Positions 39,403-49,314 of a stretch of DNA of 64,000 nt are shown here, piece after piece. A program made the translations under genes and the position numbers. The notes under the pieces were generated by a model. That model was given only the letters and a program-made list of their open reading frames with translations. It searched no databases and was not told where the DNA came from. This DNA comes from an uncultured Chloroflexia bacterium (GTDB lineage Bacteria > Chloroflexota > Dehalococcoidia > SM23-28-2 > RBG-16-64-32): the NCBI GenBank assembly GCA_963738925.1, contig CAVTYE010000002.1, positions 41,902 through 105,901 on the forward strand, written 5' to 3'. Each line of letters opens with the position of its first letter. Position 1 is the first letter of the stretch.

Positions 39403-41331
39403 ATGGCCACGATCGCTGCACCACGGACAAGCCCTCTGGCAGGCGCGCTGCGGGACGCCCGCACCGCGGCGGAGCACAACAAGCTCCTCAACTGGATCGC
39501 CACGGTAGACCACAAGAAGATCGGCGTCATGTACGGCGTTACGGCCTTCATCTTCTTCTGCCTCGGCGGCATCGAGGCGCTGCTCCTGCGCACCCAGCTG
39601 GCCACGCCCAACGCCAACGTCCTCACCGCCGACGAGTACAACCGCCTCTTCACGATGCACGGCACGACTATGGTCTTCCTGGTCGTGATGCCGCTGAGCG
39701 CCGCCTTCTTCAACCTGATGGTGCCGCTGATGATCGGCGCCCGCGACGTCGCCTTCCCGCGCCTCAACGCCTTCAGCTACTGGACGTTCCTGGCCGGCGG
39801 CCTCTTCCTCAACGCCAGCTTCTTCACCCGCAATATCTTCGGCGGTGAGCTGGGCGCACCGGATGGCGGCTGGTTCGGCTACGCGCCTCTCAACCTGCGG
39901 GCCTACACTCCCGGCCACGGCATGGACTTCTGGGCGCTGGGCCTCCAGATCCTGGGCGTCGCCTCGCTCGCCGGTGGCTTCAACTTCATCGTCACCATCC
40001 TCAACATGCGTGCGCCGGGGATGACCCTCTTCCGCATGCCCGTGTTCGTCTGGATGACCCTGGTCACCTCGTTCCTGATCATCTTCGCGATGCCGGTCAT
40101 CGCCGTGGCCCTCTTCGAGCTGTCCTTCGACCGCTTCTTCGACGCCAACTTCTTCAACGCCGCTGCCGGCGGCAACCCGCTGCTCTGGCAGCATATGTTC
40201 TGGCTCTTCGGACATCCGGAGGTGTACATCCTCATCCTCCCGGCCTTCGGCATCGTCTCCGAGATATTACCGACGTTCGCCCGCAAGCCGTTGTTCGGCT
40301 ACCCGTTCGTCGTCTTCTCCGGGATCTCCATCGGCTTCATGAGCTGGGGCGTCTGGGTGCACCACATGTACACGACCGGGCTGGGGACCGTGGCCAACTC
40401 CGCCTTCGGAATCTCGACGATCCTGATCGCCATCCCCACCGGCGTCAAGATCTTCAACTGGATGGGCACTTTATGGGGCGGCTCCATTCGCTTCAAGGCG
40501 CCGATGATGTTCGCCATCGGCACCGTCGCCATGTTCACCATCGGCGGCCTCTCCGGCGTCACCCACTCGATGGTCCCGGCCGACTACCAGCAGCAGGACA
40601 CCTACTACATCGTCGCCCACTTCCACTACGTGCTCTTCGGCGGCGCCATCTTCGCCCTCTTCGGCGGCATCTACTACTGGTTCCCGAAGTTCACCGGCCG
40701 CTACATGGACGAAACGCTGGGCCACATCAACTTCTGGGTCATGCTGATCGGCTTCAACCTGACCTTCTTCCCGATGCACATGTCCGGCTTGCTCGGCATG
40801 CCCCGCCGCATCTATACGTACCCGTCTGACTACGGCTGGAACCTCTGGAACCTTCTCTCCAGCATCGGCGCGTTCACCATCGCTCTATCTGTCCTCATCT
40901 TCATCATCAACTTCCTGATCAGCGTCCGCAAAGGCAAGGAAGCCGGCGCCGATCCCTGGGACGGCCGGACCCTGGAGTGGACGATCCCCTCGCCGCCTCC
41001 ACACTACAACTTCGCGGAGATTCCGCAGGTCCACGCTCTGGACGACTTCTGGCACCACAAGTACCAGGAGGACTCGCTGGGCAACGTTACCCCCATCATC
41101 GCCGGCGGCGCACACGCCCCGGAGGCGGCCCACGCGGGCTACGGCGGCCACGATGACCACGCCGACATCCACATGCCCTCGCCGTCGTTCCTGCCGCTGC
41201 TTACCGCGCTCGGCTTCCCCTTCATCGCCGTTGGCATCATCTACGACTACGCGCTGATCCCGGTCGGCGTCACGCTGCTTCTCGTCGGCGTCTTCGGATG
41301 GGCGCTGGAACCAGCGACGGAAGAAGCATAG
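39403..41331 (+). CDS. coxA: Cytochrome c oxidase subunit I, A1 type
   Basis: DHKKIG, FTMHG, AFPRLN, GHPEVY, WVHHM, AHFHY, GMPRR. Confidence 0.98.
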   Translation: MATIAAPRTSPLAGALRDARTAAEHNKLLNWIATVDHKKIGVMYGVTAFIFFCLGGIEALLLRTQLATPNANVLTADEYNRLFTMHGTTMVFLVVMPLSAAFFNLMVPLMIGARDVAFPRLNAFSYWTFLAGGLFLNASFFTRNIFGGELGAPDGGWFGYAPLNLRAYTPGHGMDFWALGLQILGVASLAGGFNFIVTILNMRAPGMTLFRMPVFVWMTLVTSFLIIFAMPVIAVALFELSFDRFFDANFFNAAAGGNPLLWQHMFWLFGHPEVYILILPAFGIVSEILPTFARKPLFGYPFVVFSGISIGFMSWGVWVHHMYTTGLGTVANSAFGISTILIAIPTGVKIFNWMGTLWGGSIRFKAPMMFAIGTVAMFTIGGLSGVTHSMVPADYQQQDTYYIVAHFHYVLFGGAIFALFGGIYYWFPKFTGRYMDETLGHINFWVMLIGFNLTFFPMHMSGLLGMPRRIYTYPSDYGWNLWNLLSSIGAFTIALSVLIFIINFLISVRKGKEAGADPWDGRTLEWTIPSPPPHYNFAEIPQVHALDDFWHHKYQEDSLGNVTPIIAGGAHAPEAAHAGYGGHDDHADIHMPSPSFLPLLTALGFPFIAVGIIYDYALIPVGVTLLLVGVFGWALEPATEEA

Positions 41332-41339
41332 GAGGCGCC

Positions 41340-41930
41340 GTGGCAGCTGGCACAGCACACCTGGAGACGTCCACAGGCCTGGACAACAAGAAGCTGCTGA
41401 TGTGGCTCTTCCTGGGCTCTGAGTGCCTCTTCTTCGGCTCCTTCATCGCCGCCTACCTCCTCTATCGTGGCCACAGCACAACCGGTCCCTACCCGGAGGA
41501 CCTGGTCGATATCCCCTTCACCTCCGTCAGCGCCTTCGTCCTCCTTATGAGCAGCGTCAGCATGGTGCTGGCCCTGGCTTCGATCCAGCGCGGCAACGTC
41601 CGCAACATGCAGATCTGGCTCTTCACCACGGCCGTCCTCGGCACGCTCTTCATCGCCGGCCAGGCCTACGAGTTCACGGAGTTCAGCCACGAAGGTCTGA
41701 GCCTCCACGCCAACCTCTACGGCACGACGTTCTTCGTACTCACCGGCTTCCACGGCGCCCACGTCACCATCGGCGTGCTGATCTTGATGTCACTCTTCAC
41801 CTACTCCCTGCGCGGAGGCATCCAGCAGAAGGACTCGCTGAATATCGAGCTGGCCGGCCTCTACTGGCACTTCGTCGACATCGTCTGGATTATCATCTTC
41901 ACCCTCGTCTACCTGATTCAGCCCCAGTGA
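41340..41930 (+). CDS. coxC: Cytochrome c oxidase subunit III
   Basis: WLFLGSECLFF, FFVLTGFHGAHV, GLYWHFVDIVW; GGAGG RBS before GTG. Confidence 0.95.
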   Translation: MAAGTAHLETSTGLDNKKLLMWLFLGSECLFFGSFIAAYLLYRGHSTTGPYPEDLVDIPFTSVSAFVLLMSSVSMVLALASIQRGNVRNMQIWLFTTAVLGTLFIAGQAYEFTEFSHEGLSLHANLYGTTFFVLTGFHGAHVTIGVLILMSLFTYSLRGGIQQKDSLNIELAGLYWHFVDIVWIIIFTLVYLIQPQ

Positions 41931-41940
41931 GGAAGCATTC

Positions 41941-42297
41941 ATGACTCTGGCCGACTACCGACGCAACCGCGGCGAGCCCATCGTCACCGAGGATGAGGCG
42001 GCCGCCGAGGCCCACTCCGAGCATCATCCCGGGGTCCTCGAATACACGCAGATCGGCCTCGTCCTCTTCGTCATCACCTGCATAGAGGTCGGCGCCTACT
42101 ACGTCGGGCTGAGCCACAACGCGCTCGTGGCCTCGCTGCTGGTCATGTCGGCGGTCAAGTTCACCCTCGTCGTCCTCTGGTTCATGCACCTGCGCTTTGA
42201 CAGCCGCATCTTCTCCACGATGTTCCTCTTGGGCCTGATCACCGCGGGGGCGGTCTTCACAGTCGTCATTGCTATCCTCCACGGGAAGCTCGTCTGA
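41941..42297 (+). CDS. Cytochrome c oxidase subunit IV family protein
   Basis: Three TM, KFTLVVLWFMHLRFD; operon position. Confidence 0.88.
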   Translation: MTLADYRRNRGEPIVTEDEAAAEAHSEHHPGVLEYTQIGLVLFVITCIEVGAYYVGLSHNALVASLLVMSAVKFTLVVLWFMHLRFDSRIFSTMFLLGLITAGAVFTVVIAILHGKLV

Positions 42298-42347
42298 GGA
42301 GGCCCGGCCCCCGCTAACGCGCCGGCTAGGACAGTGAAGGCACAGCG

Positions 42348-43233
42348 GTGATACCGGTACCGCTACACGTAGCTCCCACAGGCCCCTGGTACGCCTGGCA
42401 CCTGCACCCGGACGTCTTCGTCCTCTGCCTTGGGCTGCTCGTCGCCTACTGGTACGCCGTCACCATCTGGCGGCCCCACCTCCCGGACGCCGGTCGCGTC
42501 AAGCGGCAGCAGGTCGCTCTCTATTGCTCCGGCGTCGCCGTCGATCTTCATCGCCTCCGCTACGCCCATCCACGACATCGGCGAGGAGTACCTGCTAAGC
42601 GTCCACATGAGCCAGCACCTGATGTTCAGCATGGTGGCGCCGCCGCTATTGCTGGCCGGCATCCCCACCTGGCTCTGGGAGGCCCTCTTCTTCCGCAAGG
42701 GCGTCCTTCCCGTGATGCGGGTCATCCTGCACCCGGTCGTCACGCTGGCCGTCTTCAACGCCGTGCTCGTCGGCTCACACCTCCCGGACACGATGGACTT
42801 CATCCTCTACCACCACTGGGTCCACTTCTTCGCCCACGTCATCCTCGTCACCGCCTCCCTGATGATGTGGTGGCCGGTCATCACCAACGTGCCGGGCCTG
42901 CCCCACCTGACCTACCCCTTCCGCATGATGTACCTCTTCCTGCAGTCGCTGGTCCCGTCGGTCGTCGCGGCCTTTCTCACCTTCGCCACCGGACCGATCT
43001 ACGGCTTCTACGGCGCCGCGCCGCGGATCGAAGGGATCACTATCATCGAGGACCAGCAGATCGCCGCTGCCTCGATGAAGATCTTCGGCAGCCTGATCCT
43101 CTGGTCCTTCATCGGCGTCTCCTTCTTCAAGTGGTGGGCCCAGGAGCAGCGCGAATCGAAGGGCCCCGCCTGGTCAGCGGTCGAAGAGGAGCTGCAGGAG
43201 ATCGGCCTCACCCTCAGCGACCGCCGCCGCTAG
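42348..43233 (+). CDS. ctaG: CtaG (caa3-type) cytochrome c oxidase assembly factor (indel ~42540)
   Basis: PIHDIGEEYLLSVHMSQHL, APPLLL, WWPV, DQQIAA. Confidence 0.88.
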
Positions 43234-43255
43234 CCGTCCATTCCGCGACACGCAA

Positions 43256-43283
43256 AACGGGCGCCGTGTGACCGGCGCCCGTT
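43256..43283. terminator. Hairpin between convergent genes
   Basis: aacgggcgccg / cggcgcccgtt perfect 11-bp stem. Confidence 0.75.
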
Positions 43284-43304
43284 CGATTTGCGGTTCTTTG
43301 TGCG

Positions 43305-44339
43305 TTACGAAACTACGAACGTCCCGAACATCTGCGTCGGGTGGAAGTCGCAGCGGAAGTGGTACGTCCCCGGCGTGTCGATCGTGAACGTCAGCGTGCC
43401 GGTCCCGCCGCCGGAGATCCGGGCCGGGTCCGAGCATGCCGTCACCGTGGTGTCCGTGGCCGAGCAGTAGTGGCTGTCCGTCGGGTTCTGCTCGGCCGTT
43501 CCGCCCACGTCGATGTTGTGGGTGCCGATGCCGCTGTTCTTCAGCTGGAAAGTGACGCTTTCGCCGGCCTTCACAGGGATCGCCGGGTTTTCGGCGCCGT
43601 TGTACTTGATAACGTTGTCCGCCAGGTCGATCTCCGTGGAGGCGCCGGGCGCCGGTGTTCCGCTGCCGGGAGCCGCCGAGGCTGTCGGCTGCTCGCCGGA
43701 GGCCTCCGTGCCGTCGTCAGAGGCGACGGCCCAGATTGTGCCGCCGATGAGGATGATCGCGGCCGCGCCGAGGATGCCGCCGATCTGCACCCCGGAGGCC
43801 TTGGGGTTGAGCGCCAGGTAGCTCGCCGTGAGCAGGACGAAGATGGCGATCCCCGCCGCCAGCGCCGTCGCGTTGTCGCCGCGGATCTGGAGGTAGACGC
43901 GGGAGAGGCCGTAGATCGTCAGCAGGGCGAAGGCCAGCACACCCAGCGGAATCGCCAGCGGCAGTACCGTCCGCCCCCTCGCGCCTTCTGATTGCTCCGC
44001 CGCCTTGCCGGAAGACTCCGTCCGCAGCGCCTCCATGTCCAGCACCTGCAGGCTGTCGGCGACAAGGACCGCCCGATGCTTGCGGACGATGTTGGCCGCG
44101 TTCGGCTCGTTCGTCTCGTAGCGGACCAGGCTGCCGTCGTCCGTCCAGCGGGTCTCGACGACGACCAGGATATTGCCCTCGTTGTTGATCGATCGGGTGA
44201 TCCGCAGGTCCCGGAAGCCTACCTGGTTGCGCAGGAACTCCCGGTGCTGATCGAGCTCGGAGATCAGCCCGTCAGAGCCGGACGCTTCCTCAAGCCGGGA
44301 GGCCGGGATCTGGAAGAGGATTGTCTGAATGTATTCCAT
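43305..44339 (-). CDS. ABM-like domain + 3 TM + type-1 copper cupredoxin fusion
   Basis: N: QVGFRDLRITRS..NILVVVETRW; three hydrophobic helices; C: THNI...PGTYHFRCDFHPTQMFG; GGAG RBS. Confidence 0.8.
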   Translation of the reverse strand: MEYIQTILFQIPASRLEEASGSDGLISELDQHREFLRNQVGFRDLRITRSINNEGNILVVVETRWTDDGSLVRYETNEPNAANIVRKHRAVLVADSLQVLDMEALRTESSGKAAEQSEGARGRTVLPLAIPLGVLAFALLTIYGLSRVYLQIRGDNATALAAGIAIFVLLTASYLALNPKASGVQIGGILGAAAIILIGGTIWAVASDDGTEASGEQPTASAAPGSGTPAPGASTEIDLADNVIKYNGAENPAIPVKAGESVTFQLKNSGIGTHNIDVGGTAEQNPTDSHYCSATDTTVTACSDPARISGGGTGTLTFTIDTPGTYHFRCDFHPTQMFGTFVVS

Positions 44340-44387
44340 GCGCGCTCCTACGGAATAACGGGCCGCCGCCAAATAGCGTAGGCCCGT

Positions 44388-44405
44388 TTGTAGGGAATAT
44401 CACAA
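44388..44405. promoter_or_regulatory. Second Rex/CRP-like palindrome
   Basis: TTGTAG-GGAATA-TCACAA between the cupredoxin fusion gene and nadE. Confidence 0.4.
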
Positions 44406-44447
44406 GGGTATCTGAGGGTCAAGCGGCGGCGCCCTTCCGCCCGGCCC

Positions 44448-44476
44448 TTGACCCGCCTTAGTGTGACACATACACT
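44448..44476 (+). promoter_or_regulatory. Sigma70-type promoter of nadE
   Basis: TTGACC-17 bp-TACACT, 9 nt before ATG. Confidence 0.6.
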
Positions 44477-44485
44477 AAGTGCGCG

Positions 44486-46192
44486 ATGAGCCTCCGCGTC
44501 GGCCTGGCCCAGATCGACACCACCATCGGTGACCTCGCGGGCAACGCCGCCAAGGTCCGCGAGTGGGCCGGCCGGGCCCGCGACGCCGGCGTCGACGTCA
44601 TCTCCTTCCCGGAGCTGACGATCACCGGCTACCCGCCGGAAGACCTGCTCCTGCGCCCGCGCTTCGTCGCTGACAACCTCAAAGCGCTGGAGTCTGTCCT
44701 CGATGCCTGTCGCGGTATCACGGCCGTCGTCGGCTACGTGGACGCCCAGGGCAACGCCATCTACAACGCCGCTGCCGTCATCCACGACGGTCTTATCGTC
44801 GACACTTACCGCAAGCAGCACCTGCCGAACTACGGCGTCTTCGACGAGCTCCGCTACTTCACCTCCGACGACACTTGCCCGGTCTACGAGATCGGTGGGC
44901 TGCAGGTCGGCGTCAACATCTGCGAGGACATCTGGCTGACCGGCGACCCCACGCGCTCCCAGGCGATCGGCGGGGCGCAGGTCATCATCAACATCAACGG
45001 CTCGCCCTACCACGCGGGCAAGCGCCGCTTCCGGGAGGAGATGCTGGCCGGGCGCGCCCGGGACTACGGCGTGGTCGTCTGCTACACCAACCAGGTCGGC
45101 GGCCAGGACGAGCTCGTCTTCGACGGCGGCTCGATGATCCTTGGCCCCGGCGGCGAACTCCTCGCCCGCGCCAAAATGTTCGAAGAAGACCTGCTCGTCT
45201 GCGACATCGGCGAGTCCGACCTCCGTACTGAGCCCTTATCGGACACCGCCAACGCCCGCGAAGTCCGCCACATCGCCGTCTCCACGGCGCCCGCCGCGCA
45301 TCCTGAGGCCGTCCAGGGGCGCATCGAACCGGAGCTCTCACGCGAGGCCGAGGTCTACGCCGCTCTCGTCACCGGCACCCGCGACTACCTGGCCAAGACC
45401 GGCTTCCAGAAGGCCCTCATCGCCCTCTCCGGCGGCATCGACTCCAGCATCGTCGCCGCAGTCGCCGTCGACGCCATCGGCGCCGAGAACGTGCTGGGCG
45501 TCGGCATGCCCTCCCGCTACTCCTCCGAAGGCAGCATCGCCGATGCCCAGGAGCTGGCTGCCAACCTTGGCATCCGCTTCATCGTGATTCCGATCGAGCC
45601 CGCCCACGCCGCCTTCCTGGAGATGCTGGAGCGCCCCTTCGCCGAGCTGTCCGACGGCTCGCCCGGCGTGGCCGAAGAGAACATCCAGTCCCGCATCCGC
45701 GGCAACGTGATCATGGCGCTCTCCAACAAGCTGGGCTGGATCGTCCTCACCACCGGCAACAAGAGCGAGTTCGCCACCGGCTACGCCACTCTCTACGGCG
45801 ACATGTCCGGTGGCTTCGCGGTGATCAAGGACGTGCCGAAGACGCTGGTCTACGACCTCTGCCGCTACCGCAACACGATCTCGCCAGTCATCCCCGAAAA
45901 CGTCCTCACCAAGCCCCCCAGCGCCGAGCTCAAGCCCGGCCAGCTGGACCAGGACACCCTCCCGCCCTACGAGGTTCTCGATGCCATCATCGAGCAGTAC
46001 GTGGAGAACGACCGCAGCGCCAGGGAGATCACCGACCTGGGCTACGACGCCGCGACCGTCGCCCGCGTCGTCGGCATGATCAACCGCAACGAGTACAAGC
46101 GCCGCCAGTCCCCGCCCGGCGTCAAGATCACCCCCAAGGCCTTCGGCCGCGACCGCCGCCTGCCCATCGCCCACAAGTACGGCGGGCTGTGA
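44486..46192 (+). CDS. nadE: Glutamine-dependent NAD+ synthetase
   Basis: FPELTITGYPPEDL, KQHLPNYGVFDE, ICEDIW, SGGIDS, ENIQSRIRG, PPSAEL, NEYKRRQ. Confidence 0.97.
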   Translation: MSLRVGLAQIDTTIGDLAGNAAKVREWAGRARDAGVDVISFPELTITGYPPEDLLLRPRFVADNLKALESVLDACRGITAVVGYVDAQGNAIYNAAAVIHDGLIVDTYRKQHLPNYGVFDELRYFTSDDTCPVYEIGGLQVGVNICEDIWLTGDPTRSQAIGGAQVIININGSPYHAGKRRFREEMLAGRARDYGVVVCYTNQVGGQDELVFDGGSMILGPGGELLARAKMFEEDLLVCDIGESDLRTEPLSDTANAREVRHIAVSTAPAAHPEAVQGRIEPELSREAEVYAALVTGTRDYLAKTGFQKALIALSGGIDSSIVAAVAVDAIGAENVLGVGMPSRYSSEGSIADAQELAANLGIRFIVIPIEPAHAAFLEMLERPFAELSDGSPGVAEENIQSRIRGNVIMALSNKLGWIVLTTGNKSEFATGYATLYGDMSGGFAVIKDVPKTLVYDLCRYRNTISPVIPENVLTKPPSAELKPGQLDQDTLPPYEVLDAIIEQYVENDRSAREITDLGYDAATVARVVGMINRNEYKRRQSPPGVKITPKAFGRDRRLPIAHKYGGL

Positions 46193-46196
46193 GATC

Positions 46197-46224
46197 CATT
46201 CACACTTCACACTTCACTATTCGT
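46197..46224. repeat. 7-bp tandem repeat
   Basis: cattcac acttcac acttcac tattcgt. Confidence 0.6.
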
Positions 46225-46241
46225 TCCCGTACTCTTAGGCC

Positions 46242-46865
46242 ATGACCATCCAGGCCATCTTCTTCGACTTCGGCGGCGTCCTCCTCCAGCACGCCGACGG
46301 CGTGGACCACAACGCCCTCGAACAGCGCTTCGAGCTGGCGCCGCGCACCCTGATGCGCTGCCTCTACCGCGACAGCCGCTACATGGACTTCCAGGTCGGC
46401 GCCTGCACCCTCGAAGAGTGGCAGGCCTCGATCCGCACCGCCGCTGAGACCCACCTCGGCGCAGAGCTGGCGCGGAAGGTCCTCACCGCCTACGAGCAGG
46501 CGGAGCGCCCGCTCAACCCGCTGATGCTCTCGCTGATCGAACGGCTGCGCGCCAGGGGCTATAAGACCGGCATCATCTCCAACACCATCCCCGGCCTGGA
46601 GGAGCGCCTGCAACAGAACGCGCCGCACATCATCCCGCTCTTCGACGTCCGCATCGGCTCCGGCGACGTCGGCCTGGCCAAGCCGGACCCGGCGATCTTC
46701 CACCACGCCCTGCGCGAGATGGACGTCCAGGCCGAGGCCAGCGTCTTCACCGACGACGTCAAGTCCAACTCCGATGCCGCCAGCGCTATCGGCATGCGCG
46801 GCCTCCACTTCACCGGCTACGAGCAGTTCGCAGCCGACCTGCGCTCCATCGGCGTCGACGCCTGA
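46242..46865 (+). CDS. HAD family phosphatase
   Basis: FFDFGGVL, ISN, KPDPAIF, FTDD. Confidence 0.92.
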   Translation: MTIQAIFFDFGGVLLQHADGVDHNALEQRFELAPRTLMRCLYRDSRYMDFQVGACTLEEWQASIRTAAETHLGAELARKVLTAYEQAERPLNPLMLSLIERLRARGYKTGIISNTIPGLEERLQQNAPHIIPLFDVRIGSGDVGLAKPDPAIFHHALREMDVQAEASVFTDDVKSNSDAASAIGMRGLHFTGYEQFAADLRSIGVDA

Positions 46866-46872
46866 GCCTGGC

Positions 46873-47496
46873 ATGAACGCTATCGTCCGTCCGGCGACGG
46901 CGGCGGACCGGCCCGCGCTGGTTGCGATCATGGGAGACGATCCCGGCGATGAGCAGATCGGCATCTGCGGTAGCAGGCGGCGCGCCGTACTCGTCCGGCG
47001 TAAGCTCAACGACATCCTCTTTGCGCCGGAATCCCTGGCCCGCACGGCCGTCCTCGTCGATGGCGGTGACACCGTCGGGCTGATCCAGCTGGGCCACGAA
47101 GCGGGCGGCAGTATCTCCTTTGAGCTGGCATGGATGGCGTTGCGCATCTTCGGGCCGATTGGCATCTTCGGCCTGCTGCGCCGCCAGGGCAGCCGCAACA
47201 GAGTCGACTTTGAGTCGCCGCCGGATGCCCTCCACATCGCGGAAGTCCACGTCCGCCAGGATGTGCGCGGCAAAGGATACGGCGAACGCCTGATGCGATA
47301 CGCAGAAGAGCAAGCCGCCGCCCAGCAACGGCCGCGTCTCTCCCTTACCACCACAACCGCCAACCCCGCCCGCCACCTCTACGAACGCCTTGGCTACACT
47401 GTCGCTCAGCGCAAGACAGACCCCGATTACCAGCGATTTACCGGCATCGAAGGCCGGATCCTGATGATCAAGGACATCGCCCGAAGCGCGACATAA
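46873..47496 (+). CDS. GNAT family N-acetyltransferase
   Basis: HIAEVHVRQDVRGKGYG, NPARHLYERLGY. Confidence 0.85.
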   Translation: MNAIVRPATAADRPALVAIMGDDPGDEQIGICGSRRRAVLVRRKLNDILFAPESLARTAVLVDGGDTVGLIQLGHEAGGSISFELAWMALRIFGPIGIFGLLRRQGSRNRVDFESPPDALHIAEVHVRQDVRGKGYGERLMRYAEEQAAAQQRPRLSLTTTTANPARHLYERLGYTVAQRKTDPDYQRFTGIEGRILMIKDIARSAT

Positions 47497-47595
47497 CCAC
47501 AATGAGGACGCGAGGGCGATTGCTATCTTCCGCCCCCTCTGGCACAATTGAATATGCGAACAACTCGCTTTCTAAACGGGAACAGAGGTACTGAC

Positions 47596-47955
47596 ATGAT
47601 GCAAGTCTCCGAAAAGGCCGCCGAAAAGGCGCTGGACATGTTCAAGGAGAAGGGTTTGCCTGCCGACACCGGCCTCCGCGTCTTCGTGGTAGGCGGCGGC
47701 TGCTCTGGCTACCAGTACGGCATGGCCCTGGCCCGGGACGTCGACGCCGAAGACCTGATCATCGAAGACCGCGGCGTCAAGATCGTCATCGACCCCGACA
47801 GCGCGCCGCTCCTCGAAGGCGCCGAGATCGACTACGTGGACGACCTGATGAAGGCCGGCTTCACGATCTACAACCCGAACGCCGTCAAGTCCTGCGCCTG
47901 CGGCACCTCCTTCCAGACCGCCGAAGGTGGCGGCCAGGCCAAGGCCTGCTGCTAG
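47596..47955 (+). CDS. A-type Fe-S carrier (IscA/ErpA/HesB)
   Basis: LRVFVVGGGCSGYQY, IDYVD, NPNAVKSCACGTSF. Confidence 0.95.
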   Translation: MMQVSEKAAEKALDMFKEKGLPADTGLRVFVVGGGCSGYQYGMALARDVDAEDLIIEDRGVKIVIDPDSAPLLEGAEIDYVDDLMKAGFTIYNPNAVKSCACGTSFQTAEGGGQAKACC

Positions 47956-47973
47956 GCTGACTCGAACCAAAAC

Positions 47974-48008
47974 GACGCCCGGTGCGATTGCATCGGGCGT
48001 CTTGCTTT
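47974..48008 (+). terminator. Intrinsic terminator
   Basis: gacgcccggtgc-gatt-gcatcgggcgtc followed by ttgcttt. Confidence 0.75.
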
Positions 48009-48061
48009 GCCGGCCACCACCATTGCCCGCGATTCCTCCGTTCCGCTACCCTGAACGGGAT

Positions 48062-49032
48062 ATGGACGACACCACGCACAAAGCGATGGACCTGAGCCCA
48101 CGGTCGACCGCGGCGTCCGCACCCGCCGGAGCGGCCCGGCCGATGCACTCCACCTTCCGCGAGAAGGTTGAGGCCGGCAAGTTCGTGATGACCGTTGAGG
48201 TCGATCCGCCGCACGGCATCCGGCCAACCAAGGCCGTCGAGGGCGCGCGTCTCCTCCGCGACGCCGGCGTCGACGCGATTAACGTCGGCGATAGCCCCAC
48301 GGCGAAGGTGCGTATGTCGCCGTTGGCCATGTCCGTCCTTCTCAAGCAGGAACTCGGCGTCGACATCGTCATGCACTACACCACCCGCGATCGCAACGCC
48401 ATGGCCATCCACTCCGACATGGTCGGCGCCCACGTCCTCGGCATCCGCAGCATCCTCTGCCTGCGCGGGGACCCGCCGTCCCTAGGCGGCTACACGGACA
48501 TAGTCGGCGTCTGGGACGTCAGCGCCGTCGGCCTCATCCGCTTCCTCAAGCTGGCCAACGACGGCGTCGACTTCAGCGGCAAGTCGATCTCCGGCAAGGC
48601 GGACTTCTTTATCGGCGCTTCCGCCAACCTCAACGCCGACCCGCTGGAGACGGAGCTACGCCTGATGCGCCGCAAGGTGGAGGCCGGCTGCCACTTCTTC
48701 ATGACCCAGAACGTCTTCGACGAGAAGATCCTGGAGCGCTTCCTGGACGCCGCCGCCAGGTTCAAGAAGCCGATCATGATCGGCGTCCTGCCCCTGAACA
48801 ACTCCCGCCACGCCGAGTTCCTGGCCACCGAAGTCCCCGGCATGACGCTTCCCGAATCAGTCCGCGACCGCATGCGCAAGGCCGGCGACGAGGCCGGCCC
48901 CCGCGAAGGCCTGGCGATGGCCCGCGACCTGATCGCCCTCTGCCGCGAGAAAGCCGCCGGCGTGTACCTCGTGCCCAGTCTTTCGGCCGCTACGACCTGG
49001 TGGCGGAGCTGATCTCTGAGACAAGGCGCTGA
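48062..49032 (+). CDS. metF: Methylenetetrahydrofolate reductase (YitJ C-terminal type; indel ~48980)
   Basis: VEVDPP, INVGDSP, HYTTRDRN, RGDPP, KVEAGCHFFMTQ, HAEFL..EVPG; shifted frame gives FGRYDL tail. Confidence 0.85.
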
Positions 49033-49067
49033 GAGCGTTTCGCCGCAGACTCTCGCCGAATGAACGG

Positions 49068-49305
49068 GCCGCAGATTTCACAGATTGACACAGATAGGAT
49101 CTTCATCAGCAAAGACTCTCGGCCCATTAGAAGCGCTAGTACCGAATTTTCGGCCAGGACCGTTCGGACAAGTACAGCCGTATCTGTGCCCATCTGTGGC
49201 CCAAAAAATAATCTGCGTCCAATCTGCGTCAATCTGCGGCCAAACCACTAACCCGCCCGTCACATCTGTGCATCATCTGTGCCCATCTGTGGCCAAACAA
49301 TCTGC
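49068..49305. repeat. ATCTG-armed repeat element, copy A
   Basis: cacagat units, ~85-bp core, then atctgtg/atctgcg units; direct repeat of 50221-50472. Confidence 0.88.
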
Positions 49306-49314
49306 CGACGGGTT

